Positions 1 through 6,863 of a stretch of 24,074 nt of DNA are shown piece after piece. The stretch lies in IMG/VR virus record IMGVR_UViG_3300048008_000030, positions 1-24,074 of that record, one strand, 5' to 3'. Position 1 is the stretch's first letter. Every line of letters begins with the position of its first letter. The notes beneath the pieces are model-generated. The model was given only the letters and a program-made list of their open reading frames with translations, made no database searches and had not been told where the DNA came from. Made by a program: the position numbers and the translations under genes. Origin of the DNA: a virus (lineage: Duplodnaviria > Caudoviricetes).

Positions 1-2160
1 CAAGCAGCCACCAAGCAGTATGTAGATACGATTGCGGCGGCGGGAATACATTATCACCAACCTTGTCGAGCACAGGCAACGGCAAATCTTAATGCTACAT
101 ATAACAACGGGTCTAGTGGTGTTGGAGCTACTTTGACTAACGCTGGAACACAGGCGGCATTGGTTATTGACGGGGTTTCTCTATCCTCATCGGATCGAGT
201 TTTAATCCAATTACAGACTAACCAAGCTCACAACGGTGTTTACACAGTTACTACAGTTGGTAGTGGTAGCACTAATTGGGTACTTACTCGAGCCACTGAT
301 GCTGATTCATATGGGCCAAGTGACCCAGACGCATTAGGGGAAGGCGATGCTTTCTTTGTTACTGAAGGTACAGTTCACGGTGGTGAGCTAGATGTGATGA
401 CTACGTCAGGTACTATTACTTTTGGTACAACTGCGATTGTCTTTGCGCTAGTTTCAGATGCTCCAATTTACACAGGTGGAACTGGGGTTTCTATTTCTGG
501 AACTGTGGTATCTATAGGTCAGGCGGTTGCTACAAGCAGTAATGTGACGTTTAACCAAGTGACTGCTGCTCTGGTTGGTAATTCATCGACGGCTACCAAA
601 TGGGCTACGGGTAGAACTATTACTTTAACAGGTGACACTACAGGAGTATCCGGTACTTTTGATGGTTCTGGTAACGCATCTATCAGCACTACAATAGCAG
701 ACTTACCTGGGAAACAGCCTTACTTAACTGTAGCAACTACCGTTTCTGGCGGTAAATTCTTGTTAGATGGCAGTTCTCAGCAAATCGCGCAACTACCTCG
801 TTCTGTAACGATTCGGTTTGATCAGTCTGATAGCAGTAACACGACTCACCCGTTGCGTTTAAGTACTACGTCTGACGGTACTCATGGAGGGGGCTCTGCT
901 TATACCACTGGAGTTACGACTGTTGGAACACCGGGGTCGGCAGGCTCGTATACTCAGGTTACAATACAACAGTCCGCTCCGAATACATTGTATTATTATT
1001 GCGCTAACCACTCCGGTATGGGCAGTAAAATTTCAACGGGCATAGATTTAACTCCGTCTGCCTCTCCTACATTCTCGTCCGTTACTGCGGATTTAACGGG
1101 TGATGTCACAGGGTCTGCAAACACGCTATCAACCGCTCGAACAATCGGGATGACAGGTGATGTTGTTTGGACTTCCGCTGCATTTGACGGAAGTGGGAAT
1201 GTCACTGGCACAGCAACGATACAAGCTAACTCTGTGGCTCTTGGAACAGACACAACTGGGAACTATGTTGCTGCAGGCGCTACCTCTGGTACGGGTATTT
1301 CGGGCTCTGTTTCCAGCGAAGGTGGGACTTTTACAGTCACTTCTAACGCAACTAGCGGGAACACTGGTGGAGCTATAGTTGCAAGGGATGGCTCTGGTAA
1401 CTTTACTGCGGGTACTATTACTGCCTCTTTAAGCGGGAATGCCTCTACTTCTTCTTCTACTTCGGGCAATGCAGCAACTGCTACGGCGTTGCAGACAGCA
1501 AGAAATATTGGCGGTGTATCATTTAATGGTACAGCTAGTATTAACTTACCAGGGGTAAACACCGGAGGTAATCAAAGCACTTCTGGCAATGCAGCTAGTG
1601 CCACGGTTTTACAGACAGCAAGGAACATCGGTGGTGTGTCCTTTAACGGTTCAGCTAATATTAACTTGCCCGGAGTAAACACTTCGGGGAACCAAAACAC
1701 TTCTGGCAATGCAGCGACTGCAACCACCGCATCAACGGCTAACGCCTTAAATACTTCAAATGATTATCGTGTAGATTCTTTCGGGGTCGGCACAAACGCT
1801 TCGGGAACAACTGGAGAAATACGGGCTACAAACAACGTCACAGCGTATTACTCAGATGATAGACTGAAGACACGTTTTGGAAATATTGAAAACGCTCTTG
1901 AGATGCTTTCGACTCTAAACGGTTTCTACTATGAAGCTAACGAGACTGCAGTTTCTTTGGGTTATGATGTCCACAAAGAGGTTGGGATTTCAGCCCAAGA
2001 AGTGCAAAAGATACTTCCTGAGATTGTAGCCCCTGCCCCTATTGATGATAAGTACCTGACTGTGCGATATGAACGGATGGTCCCTCTTTTAGTAGAGGCA
2101 ATAAAAGAATTGTCGGATAAAGTAACAGACCTACAAGACCGTCTAGATGAAATAGAATAG
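1..2160 (+). CDS. Phage tail fibre protein with C-terminal intramolecular chaperone (peptidase S74); 5'-truncated by window edge
   Basis: Frame 1 is open from base 1 (QAATKQYVDTIAAAG...), so the TTG at 133 is not the true start. It has an ATKQYVD fibre motif, G/S/T-rich fibre repeats (TARTI..FDGSGN; LQTARNIGGVSFNG), and S74 hallmarks YYS-DDRLK, VGISAQEVQKILPEIV, LTVRYERMVPLLVEAIKEL plus a terminal coiled coil. Confidence 0.9.
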   Translation, partial: QAATKQYVDTIAAAGIHYHQPCRAQATANLNATYNNGSSGVGATLTNAGTQAALVIDGVSLSSSDRVLIQLQTNQAHNGVYTVTTVGSGSTNWVLTRATDADSYGPSDPDALGEGDAFFVTEGTVHGGELDVMTTSGTITFGTTAIVFALVSDAPIYTGGTGVSISGTVVSIGQAVATSSNVTFNQVTAALVGNSSTATKWATGRTITLTGDTTGVSGTFDGSGNASISTTIADLPGKQPYLTVATTVSGGKFLLDGSSQQIAQLPRSVTIRFDQSDSSNTTHPLRLSTTSDGTHGGGSAYTTGVTTVGTPGSAGSYTQVTIQQSAPNTLYYYCANHSGMGSKISTGIDLTPSASPTFSSVTADLTGDVTGSANTLSTARTIGMTGDVVWTSAAFDGSGNVTGTATIQANSVALGTDTTGNYVAAGATSGTGISGSVSSEGGTFTVTSNATSGNTGGAIVARDGSGNFTAGTITASLSGNASTSSSTSGNAATATALQTARNIGGVSFNGTASINLPGVNTGGNQSTSGNAASATVLQTARNIGGVSFNGSANINLPGVNTSGNQNTSGNAATATTASTANALNTSNDYRVDSFGVGTNASGTTGEIRATNNVTAYYSDDRLKTRFGNIENALEMLSTLNGFYYEANETAVSLGYDVHKEVGISAQEVQKILPEIVAPAPIDDKYLTVRYERMVPLLVEAIKELSDKVTDLQDRLDEIE
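1459..1725 (+). repeat. 120-bp (40-aa) tandem repeat in tail fibre, about 2.2 copies
   Basis: ac-ttc(g/t)ggcaatgcagc recurs at 1459, 1579 and 1699; unit TSGNAATATALQTARNIGGVSFNGTASINLPGVNTGGNQS. Confidence 0.9.
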
Positions 2161-2169
2161 GAGAATTAA

Positions 2170-2805
2170 ATGCTAGGCTTTTCGCCATTCTCCGCCGGAC
2201 CATTCTCCGCTAGTGGTGAAGCTAGTGCTCTTAATATCTTAACAGGGCAAGAGGCTACAGCCTCAGTCGGTACAGTACAGGTATTTGGATACGCTCCTTT
2301 TTCAGTGACAAGTCCTACTCCTGCAGTTGGTTCTGTTGGGCAAGTAACGGTTGACGCGGGTTCCACGGCTACCTTCTCCATAGGGGGTGCAACAGGTTCT
2401 GTTGGGCAAGTACTGGTTGACGCGGGGGTAACCGCTACAGTTACAGGAGTTTCTGCAACAGGTTCTGTTAATCCAGTTACAGTGTTCAATCTTACTGTTG
2501 CCGCAGTCACTGGGCAGTCACTCACTGGTACTGTTGGGAGCATAGCATACGTTAAAGCAGACGCTGTAGTTTCACCGACAGGGGTCACTGCCACAGGCGC
2601 AGTTGGTAGTATAACTGCAGGGATCGTCACCGTTGCAGAAGCAACTGGAGTTTCTGGCTCTGGTAGTGTAGGATCAATCACAATGACAGGTGGCGCAACG
2701 ATTGTCCCAGATGGTGTCGAAGGCACTGGAGTGATGGGACAGGCTAACGTCTGGGGTACAATTATTCCAAATACAGGCACTGTTTGGACAGAAATACAAG
2801 CGTAA
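2170..2805 (+). CDS. Putative virion structural protein with about 22-aa V/T/G beta-repeats
   Basis: ATG with GGAG upstream (2160-2163); about 8 units of the type VTGVSATGSVGxVxV; lies between two fibre genes. Confidence 0.7.
   Translation: MLGFSPFSAGPFSASGEASALNILTGQEATASVGTVQVFGYAPFSVTSPTPAVGSVGQVTVDAGSTATFSIGGATGSVGQVLVDAGVTATVTGVSATGSVNPVTVFNLTVAAVTGQSLTGTVGSIAYVKADAVVSPTGVTATGAVGSITAGIVTVAEATGVSGSGSVGSITMTGGATIVPDGVEGTGVMGQANVWGTIIPNTGTVWTEIQA
2329..2469 (+). repeat. 66-bp-period internal duplication
   Basis: 2329-2360 vs 2395-2426 match at 30/32 nt; 2388-2403 and 2454-2469 are identical (tgcaacaggttctgtt); both offsets are 66 nt. Confidence 0.85.
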
Positions 2806-2814
2806 GGAGTTTCA

Positions 2815-3681
2815 ATGCCTAGTACATATACTGATAATAGCGGGATTGAACTTCCAGCAAATGGGGAACAGTCCGGCACATGGGGTGAAACCGTAAACGA
2901 TAACATGAATATCATTGACCGTTTGTCTAATGGTATCGGAACTATCTCATTAAGCGGAACGTCTCATTCTCTCATTACCTCAGATGGAGTTCTGTCTGAT
3001 GGTCAATACAATACGTTGTTGTTGTCTGGGTCGCCTAGCGGCACAAATACAATTACAATTAGCCCCAACAGCAATCAACATATTTACACTGTTATTAACT
3101 CTAGCGGTCAAGACGCTGTCTTTACTCAAGGTTCTGGAGCCAACATAACGGTTAAGAATGGTTCCACTAAAATTATTTACGCAGATGGCGCAGGTTCTGG
3201 TGCAGCAGTTGTAGATATAACCAACACCTTAGATATTAACGCTCTACATCTGTCTGGTGTAGCGGTAACTTCTTCTGCTGCAGAGTTAAACATTTTAGAT
3301 GGCGTTACCTCCACTACTGCAGAGTTGAACATCTTGGATGGCGCAACCCTTGATGTTAACGAGTTAAACATCCTAGACGGCGCAACAGTTACTACAGCCG
3401 AACTAAACGTTTTAGACGGTATTCCTGCTACTCTAACGGCTACTGAGTTAGGCTATGTAGACGGAGTAACCAGTTCTATACAGACTCAACTAAATAATTT
3501 GTTGACAGGTCCTAGTATAACAAGTCCTGTGACAGTTACAGGAGGCACTGCAAGTTGGGTACTTACTGCTTCCGGAACTACACTAACCTTTTCTTACAAC
3601 GGAGTTCCTAAGATACGATTTGATGGTTCTACTGGAGACATCACCGCAACTGGGAACATCACAGCCTACGGGAGTTTATAA
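2815..3681 (+). CDS. Second tail fibre / virion protein with 13-aa ELNILDG repeats
   Basis: Strong RBS TAAGGAG before ATG. N-terminus MPSTYT..GIELPANGEQSGTWG resembles phage fibre anchors; ELNILDG repeats; C-terminus matches the tip motif of the first fibre. Confidence 0.75.
   Translation: MPSTYTDNSGIELPANGEQSGTWGETVNDNMNIIDRLSNGIGTISLSGTSHSLITSDGVLSDGQYNTLLLSGSPSGTNTITISPNSNQHIYTVINSSGQDAVFTQGSGANITVKNGSTKIIYADGAGSGAAVVDITNTLDINALHLSGVAVTSSAAELNILDGVTSTTAELNILDGATLDVNELNILDGATVTTAELNVLDGIPATLTATELGYVDGVTSSIQTQLNNLLTGPSITSPVTVTGGTASWVLTASGTTLTFSYNGVPKIRFDGSTGDITATGNITAYGSL
3265..3465 (+). repeat. 39-bp (13-aa) tandem repeat, 4 copies plus a degenerate fifth
   Basis: VTSSAAELNILDG / VTSTTAELNILDG / ATLDVNELNILDG / ATVTTAELNVLDG / IPATLTATELGYVDG. 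Confidence 0.9.
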
Positions 3682-3684
3682 TCA

Positions 3685-4548
3685 ATGCCAGTTCCTACAG
3701 GTACAGCCAGTTTACAGGACATTCAAAACGAGTTTGGCGGAAGCCATCCAATCGGGATTAGCGAATACTACGGTGCAGCGGCGGGAGTTCCTGCCAGCGG
3801 CACAATTTCTATTAACGATTTCAGAGGCAAGTCCAATACATTTGCGTTTACCTTGACATCTAACCAACAAAACTACGATGTTCGAGCAGCGGCACTTAGC
3901 GCGGGATGGGACGGGTCATCCGAAGTTCAGCTTACAATTAACTCTGGAGTCACTGTTTACGCAAGCAGCACGTCGAACTATGCTTGCTCGTTTTCTGGGT
4001 CTTTCCCTTCTGGGGCTAAGTTAATTAATAACGGGATTATTGTTGGTCGCGGAGGAAATGGTGGCAACGGATACGCAGGCAACGGTGCATGTTACGGGTA
4101 TGCTCCGTATGGTGGTGGATCTACAGGAGGCACAGGTGGCCCCGGTCTTTACACTTCGGTGGCGTTAAGTGTTACGAATAATAACCGTATTTCCGGTGGC
4201 GGCGGAGGTGGCGGTGGTGGCTACCCATCCAACTTTTCTTGGGGCGGATCTGGTGCTGGCGGAGGTCTTGGTATCTCTAGCGGAGGAAGCCCCGGAACTC
4301 ACGGCTATGGATATGGCAATGGTGGGAATTTGACTGCCTTCGGCTACGGCGGAACCCCTAGATCTCAACCGGGCAGTGGCTGTCCTTGGGTTGAAGTGGG
4401 TGGTCGCGGAGGAAATGGTGGGACTTATGGCGCGGGTGGATCGGCTCCTGGTTCTTCTTCTGCACCAGGTGTCGGCGGCAACTACATAACTGGCAACAGT
4501 AACGTTACTTGGGTTGCAACTGGTACTCGGAACGGTGGAGTAGCCTAA
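3685..4548 (+). CDS. Glycine-rich receptor-recognition adhesin, T-even gp38-like
   Basis: QLTINSGVTVY, LINNGIIVGRGGNGG, NNNRISGGGGGGGG, further Gly motifs separated by aromatic-rich loops, and C-terminal VTWVATGTRNG; this is the architecture of T2/S16-type gp38. Directly follows a fibre gene. Confidence 0.75.
   Translation: MPVPTGTASLQDIQNEFGGSHPIGISEYYGAAAGVPASGTISINDFRGKSNTFAFTLTSNQQNYDVRAAALSAGWDGSSEVQLTINSGVTVYASSTSNYACSFSGSFPSGAKLINNGIIVGRGGNGGNGYAGNGACYGYAPYGGGSTGGTGGPGLYTSVALSVTNNNRISGGGGGGGGGYPSNFSWGGSGAGGGLGISSGGSPGTHGYGYGNGGNLTAFGYGGTPRSQPGSGCPWVEVGGRGGNGGTYGAGGSAPGSSSAPGVGGNYITGNSNVTWVATGTRNGGVA
4044..4421 (+). repeat. Perfect 21-bp direct repeat pair (4044-4064 and 4401-4421)
   Basis: tggtcgcggaggaaatggtgg occurs twice, 357 nt (119 codons) apart, both encoding GRGGNGG. 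Confidence 0.9.
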
Positions 4549-4549
4549 G

Positions 4550-4927
4550 TTGCCTCAAGAGTTTCAAGTTGCTTTCTTTGACGAAGAAAGAGGAACCATA
4601 GGTATTGTCTGGGACGGCATGGAGAATCCCATGGCTGTCGAGCTCCCCATAGATGGAGCGGGGTACTACCCTTCTAAACAAGACCTAATTCAGTATATAG
4701 CTGGGTTTGTCCCAAGAAATACAATTAACAGTCCTCGACAAAAAGCTTTAGAAAAAGGCATACCTAATGTTGATGTTGTTCGAGATCTCGTAGATCCCGA
4801 CCTTATGGTTATGGACTATGTAGCAACGCCTAAAGAACTAGAAGACATCATAGACGAGCAGCAGCGTGACGATTTCAGAAACGGTGTGCTAGAAGTTCTG
4901 GAAGAAATAGGTTTGTTTAAAAGATGA
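4550..4927 (+). CDS. Hypothetical protein (acidic, 125 aa; possible fibre/adhesin accessory)
   Basis: TTG start 1 nt after the adhesin stop with GGAG upstream; stop overlaps the next ATG (ATGA). No motif recognised. Confidence 0.65.
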   Translation: MPQEFQVAFFDEERGTIGIVWDGMENPMAVELPIDGAGYYPSKQDLIQYIAGFVPRNTINSPRQKALEKGIPNVDVVRDLVDPDLMVMDYVATPKELEDIIDEQQRDDFRNGVLEVLEEIGLFKR

Positions 4928-5124
4928 ACTTGTTGCAGGAAAAAATGTTTACGGACAAAGAGACTGTGGCAAAGAGACTTGCGGTGTGCGGCTCTTGTCC
5001 TAGAAAAAAACTATCTAGGATTGTAAAAGTCTGGTCATACTGTGCTGAATGCCACTGTCCTTTAAAAGCAAAGACAGTTTTAAAAAGAGAAAGCTGCCCA
5101 TTAGGAAAATGGAACTTTGTCTAG
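4924..5124 (+). CDS. Small Cys-rich protein, DUF6171-like
   Basis: RLAVCGSC...CAECHCPLKAKT...CPLGKW pattern (6 Cys); coupled to both neighbours. Confidence 0.75.
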   Translation: MNLLQEKMFTDKETVAKRLAVCGSCPRKKLSRIVKVWSYCAECHCPLKAKTVLKRESCPLGKWNFV

Positions 5125-5689
5125 TAGTATTCTTGTTGGTTCTTTCGGCCTACCTGATTCCTTTATAGATTATATTAATGGTGCGGATTTTCCTTGGAAC
5201 TACGTTCATAGATCTACATCAGACGGCCTTTCATTTATGGGCCATACGCTTGTTTGCCGTAAAGATGAAGATCGTTGGAAGCCTAACTCAGAACATTGGC
5301 CCACGGTTTACAAAGCGTTTGCTGCATTCTGTGATCGAAACAACATTGAGTTTACTGAAATTCAACGTTGTGCAATTAACATGACTTTTTCTCGTCCTGA
5401 CTATCCTTGTAGTGATGCACATGTGGATAAAACAACAGATCACAAAGTTCTTTTAGTCTACTTGAACTCTGATTGCACAGGGGACACTATAATCTACAGT
5501 GATACATACAAGCAGGGAACAACGGGGGTTGCATTTTTTGACACAAAAGAGTTTAATGAGCTCAAAGAAATTAAAAGAATAAGCCCAGAAAAAAACAAAG
5601 CTGTTGTTTTTGACGGGGCTCATTATCATGCAGCAGAGTTTCCTGTTGCGGGGCAAAGAAGGCTAGTTTTAGTAGCTAACTTTAGATAG
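5117..5689 (+). CDS. 2OG-Fe(II) oxygenase superfamily protein (1)
   Basis: HVD metal motif, LLVYLN-DCTGDT strand, P.KNKAVVFDG, distal His (HYH) and 2OG-binding Arg (RRLVLVANF). TTG start is uncertain. Confidence 0.85.
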   Translation: MSSSILVGSFGLPDSFIDYINGADFPWNYVHRSTSDGLSFMGHTLVCRKDEDRWKPNSEHWPTVYKAFAAFCDRNNIEFTEIQRCAINMTFSRPDYPCSDAHVDKTTDHKVLLVYLNSDCTGDTIIYSDTYKQGTTGVAFFDTKEFNELKEIKRISPEKNKAVVFDGAHYHAAEFPVAGQRRLVLVANFR

Positions 5690-5697
5690 GGGGGCAC

Positions 5698-6261
5698 ATG
5701 CCTAACGAAATTATCTACTGGCAGTGGGAAAAAGAAATTTCTCCAGAAGTTTGCACTCGGTTAATTTCCGAGAACAGACGAAACCTACAAGCAGCCAGAA
5801 CCGTAGGGCCCGGTGGTCAAGATATGGTGGTAGACAGGCGAAGGAGTAGAGTAAACTTTGACGTAACCACTGAGGTTGAGGAAATGTGTTTGCATTATTT
5901 GTGGCTTGCAAACAGAGATGCCTTTGGATTTGACCTGTGGCCTAACGAAAAAAATAGAAACTTTAAGGCTCAGTTTTTAGAGTATAACGCAGAAGAAAAG
6001 GGCCATTTTGATTGGCATCAAGATAGTTACCACCACGGGACTGCACGTTCCAACCGGAAGCTAACTCTGATTTGCCAATTAACTGATCCTAGTGAATATA
6101 AGGGCGGAGAACTAGATATAGGTATGGGCGGTGTTCCGTTAAGACCGGGACAAGGGACCATTGTAGTGTTCCCAAGCTACATGATTCACAGGATTAGTCC
6201 TGTGACCGAAGGCAGGCGCAACTCTTTTGTTGCTTGGGTAGAAGGACCGGAGTGGAAATAA
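5698..6261 (+). CDS. 2OG-Fe(II) oxygenase, PKHD / prolyl-4-hydroxylase-like (2)
   Basis: HFDWHQD, RKLTLICQL..EYKGGEL, GTIVVFPSYMIHRISPVTEGRRNSFVAW. Confidence 0.92.
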   Translation: MPNEIIYWQWEKEISPEVCTRLISENRRNLQAARTVGPGGQDMVVDRRRSRVNFDVTTEVEEMCLHYLWLANRDAFGFDLWPNEKNRNFKAQFLEYNAEEKGHFDWHQDSYHHGTARSNRKLTLICQLTDPSEYKGGELDIGMGGVPLRPGQGTIVVFPSYMIHRISPVTEGRRNSFVAWVEGPEWK

Positions 6262-6806
6262 TGAGCTTAGAACAAGAAGAATTTTTAAAAGAACACGGAT
6301 ACTTTGTTGTACATGATGTGATGCCAAAGGACGTGTGTGAGAATCTTGCAAAAGAATTTGCGCGTGATGCAGAGTATATTGGGGTTAAAGATGACCTATG
6401 TCCGTCTGTTAATGGTTTATATAACCACATGCCTTTTGTCAGAACTTTAGTTGGTTTAGTGCCGCACATAAGTCATTTAGTGGGTGAAGCTGTTTTGCCA
6501 ACATATGCTTATGCCCGTCACTACAATCATCAGGGGGCTGATCTAAAAAGGCACAAAGACCGTCCAGCCTGCGAGTTAAGCATGACTCTTAACATACGAA
6601 AAACGCACGATTGGCCTATTTGGTTAACGGATCGTAAGGGTAACGATGTGTCGATTGACTTGCCCGTAGGCTCTGGGTTATTATACCACGGAATAGAACT
6701 CGAACATTGGCGTCACCCGTATACAGGATCAGATCATATTAATGTGTTTTTGCATTGGGTGAGGGCTTTTGGGGCGTACTCGAACTACGTTTTTGACAGG
6801 GGCTGA
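6261..6806 (+). CDS. 2OG-Fe(II) oxygenase superfamily protein (3)
   Basis: PTYAYARHY, LKRHKDRPACELSMTL, WPIW, LLYHG..LEHWR, VFLHWV. Start moved from 6234 to the ATG at 6261, which overlaps the upstream stop (TAATG). Confidence 0.85.
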   Translation: MSLEQEEFLKEHGYFVVHDVMPKDVCENLAKEFARDAEYIGVKDDLCPSVNGLYNHMPFVRTLVGLVPHISHLVGEAVLPTYAYARHYNHQGADLKRHKDRPACELSMTLNIRKTHDWPIWLTDRKGNDVSIDLPVGSGLLYHGIELEHWRHPYTGSDHINVFLHWVRAFGAYSNYVFDRG

Positions 6807-6813
6807 TAGACTC

Positions 6814-6842
6814 TAGCAAAAACCAAGACGTTAGTGTATGAT
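6814..6842 (+). promoter_or_regulatory. Possible sigma70-type promoter in the gap before the tail hub gene
   Basis: TAGCAA (6814-6819), 17-nt spacer, TATGAT (6837-6842), in the largest intergenic gap of the + block (57 nt). The -35 match is weak. Confidence 0.3.
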
Positions 6843-6863
6843 CCCTATAACAGGGGATTGTAT

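Noticed and set aside
133-135. TTG start of the tail fibre given by the ORF track
   Set aside because: The frame is open and fibre-like from base 1; the gene starts upstream of the window.
2166-2915. 249-aa antisense ORF opposite the beta-repeat gene
   Set aside because: Shadow frame of a V/T/G/A-rich gene whose codons rarely give antisense stops; the + strand genes have clear RBSs and fit the operon.
1459-4421. Repeats in fibre/adhesin genes as a diversity-generating retroelement TR/VR pair or a CRISPR array
   Set aside because: All are in-frame coding repeats; differences are mostly synonymous and not adenine-specific; no reverse transcriptase, cas gene or spacer structure in the window.
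6234-6863. ORF-track starts at 6234 and 6834 (likewise 17141 and 21156)
   Set aside because: Downstream ATGs at 6261, 6864, 17126 and 21114 have stop-start coupling or an RBS and give more plausible N-termini.
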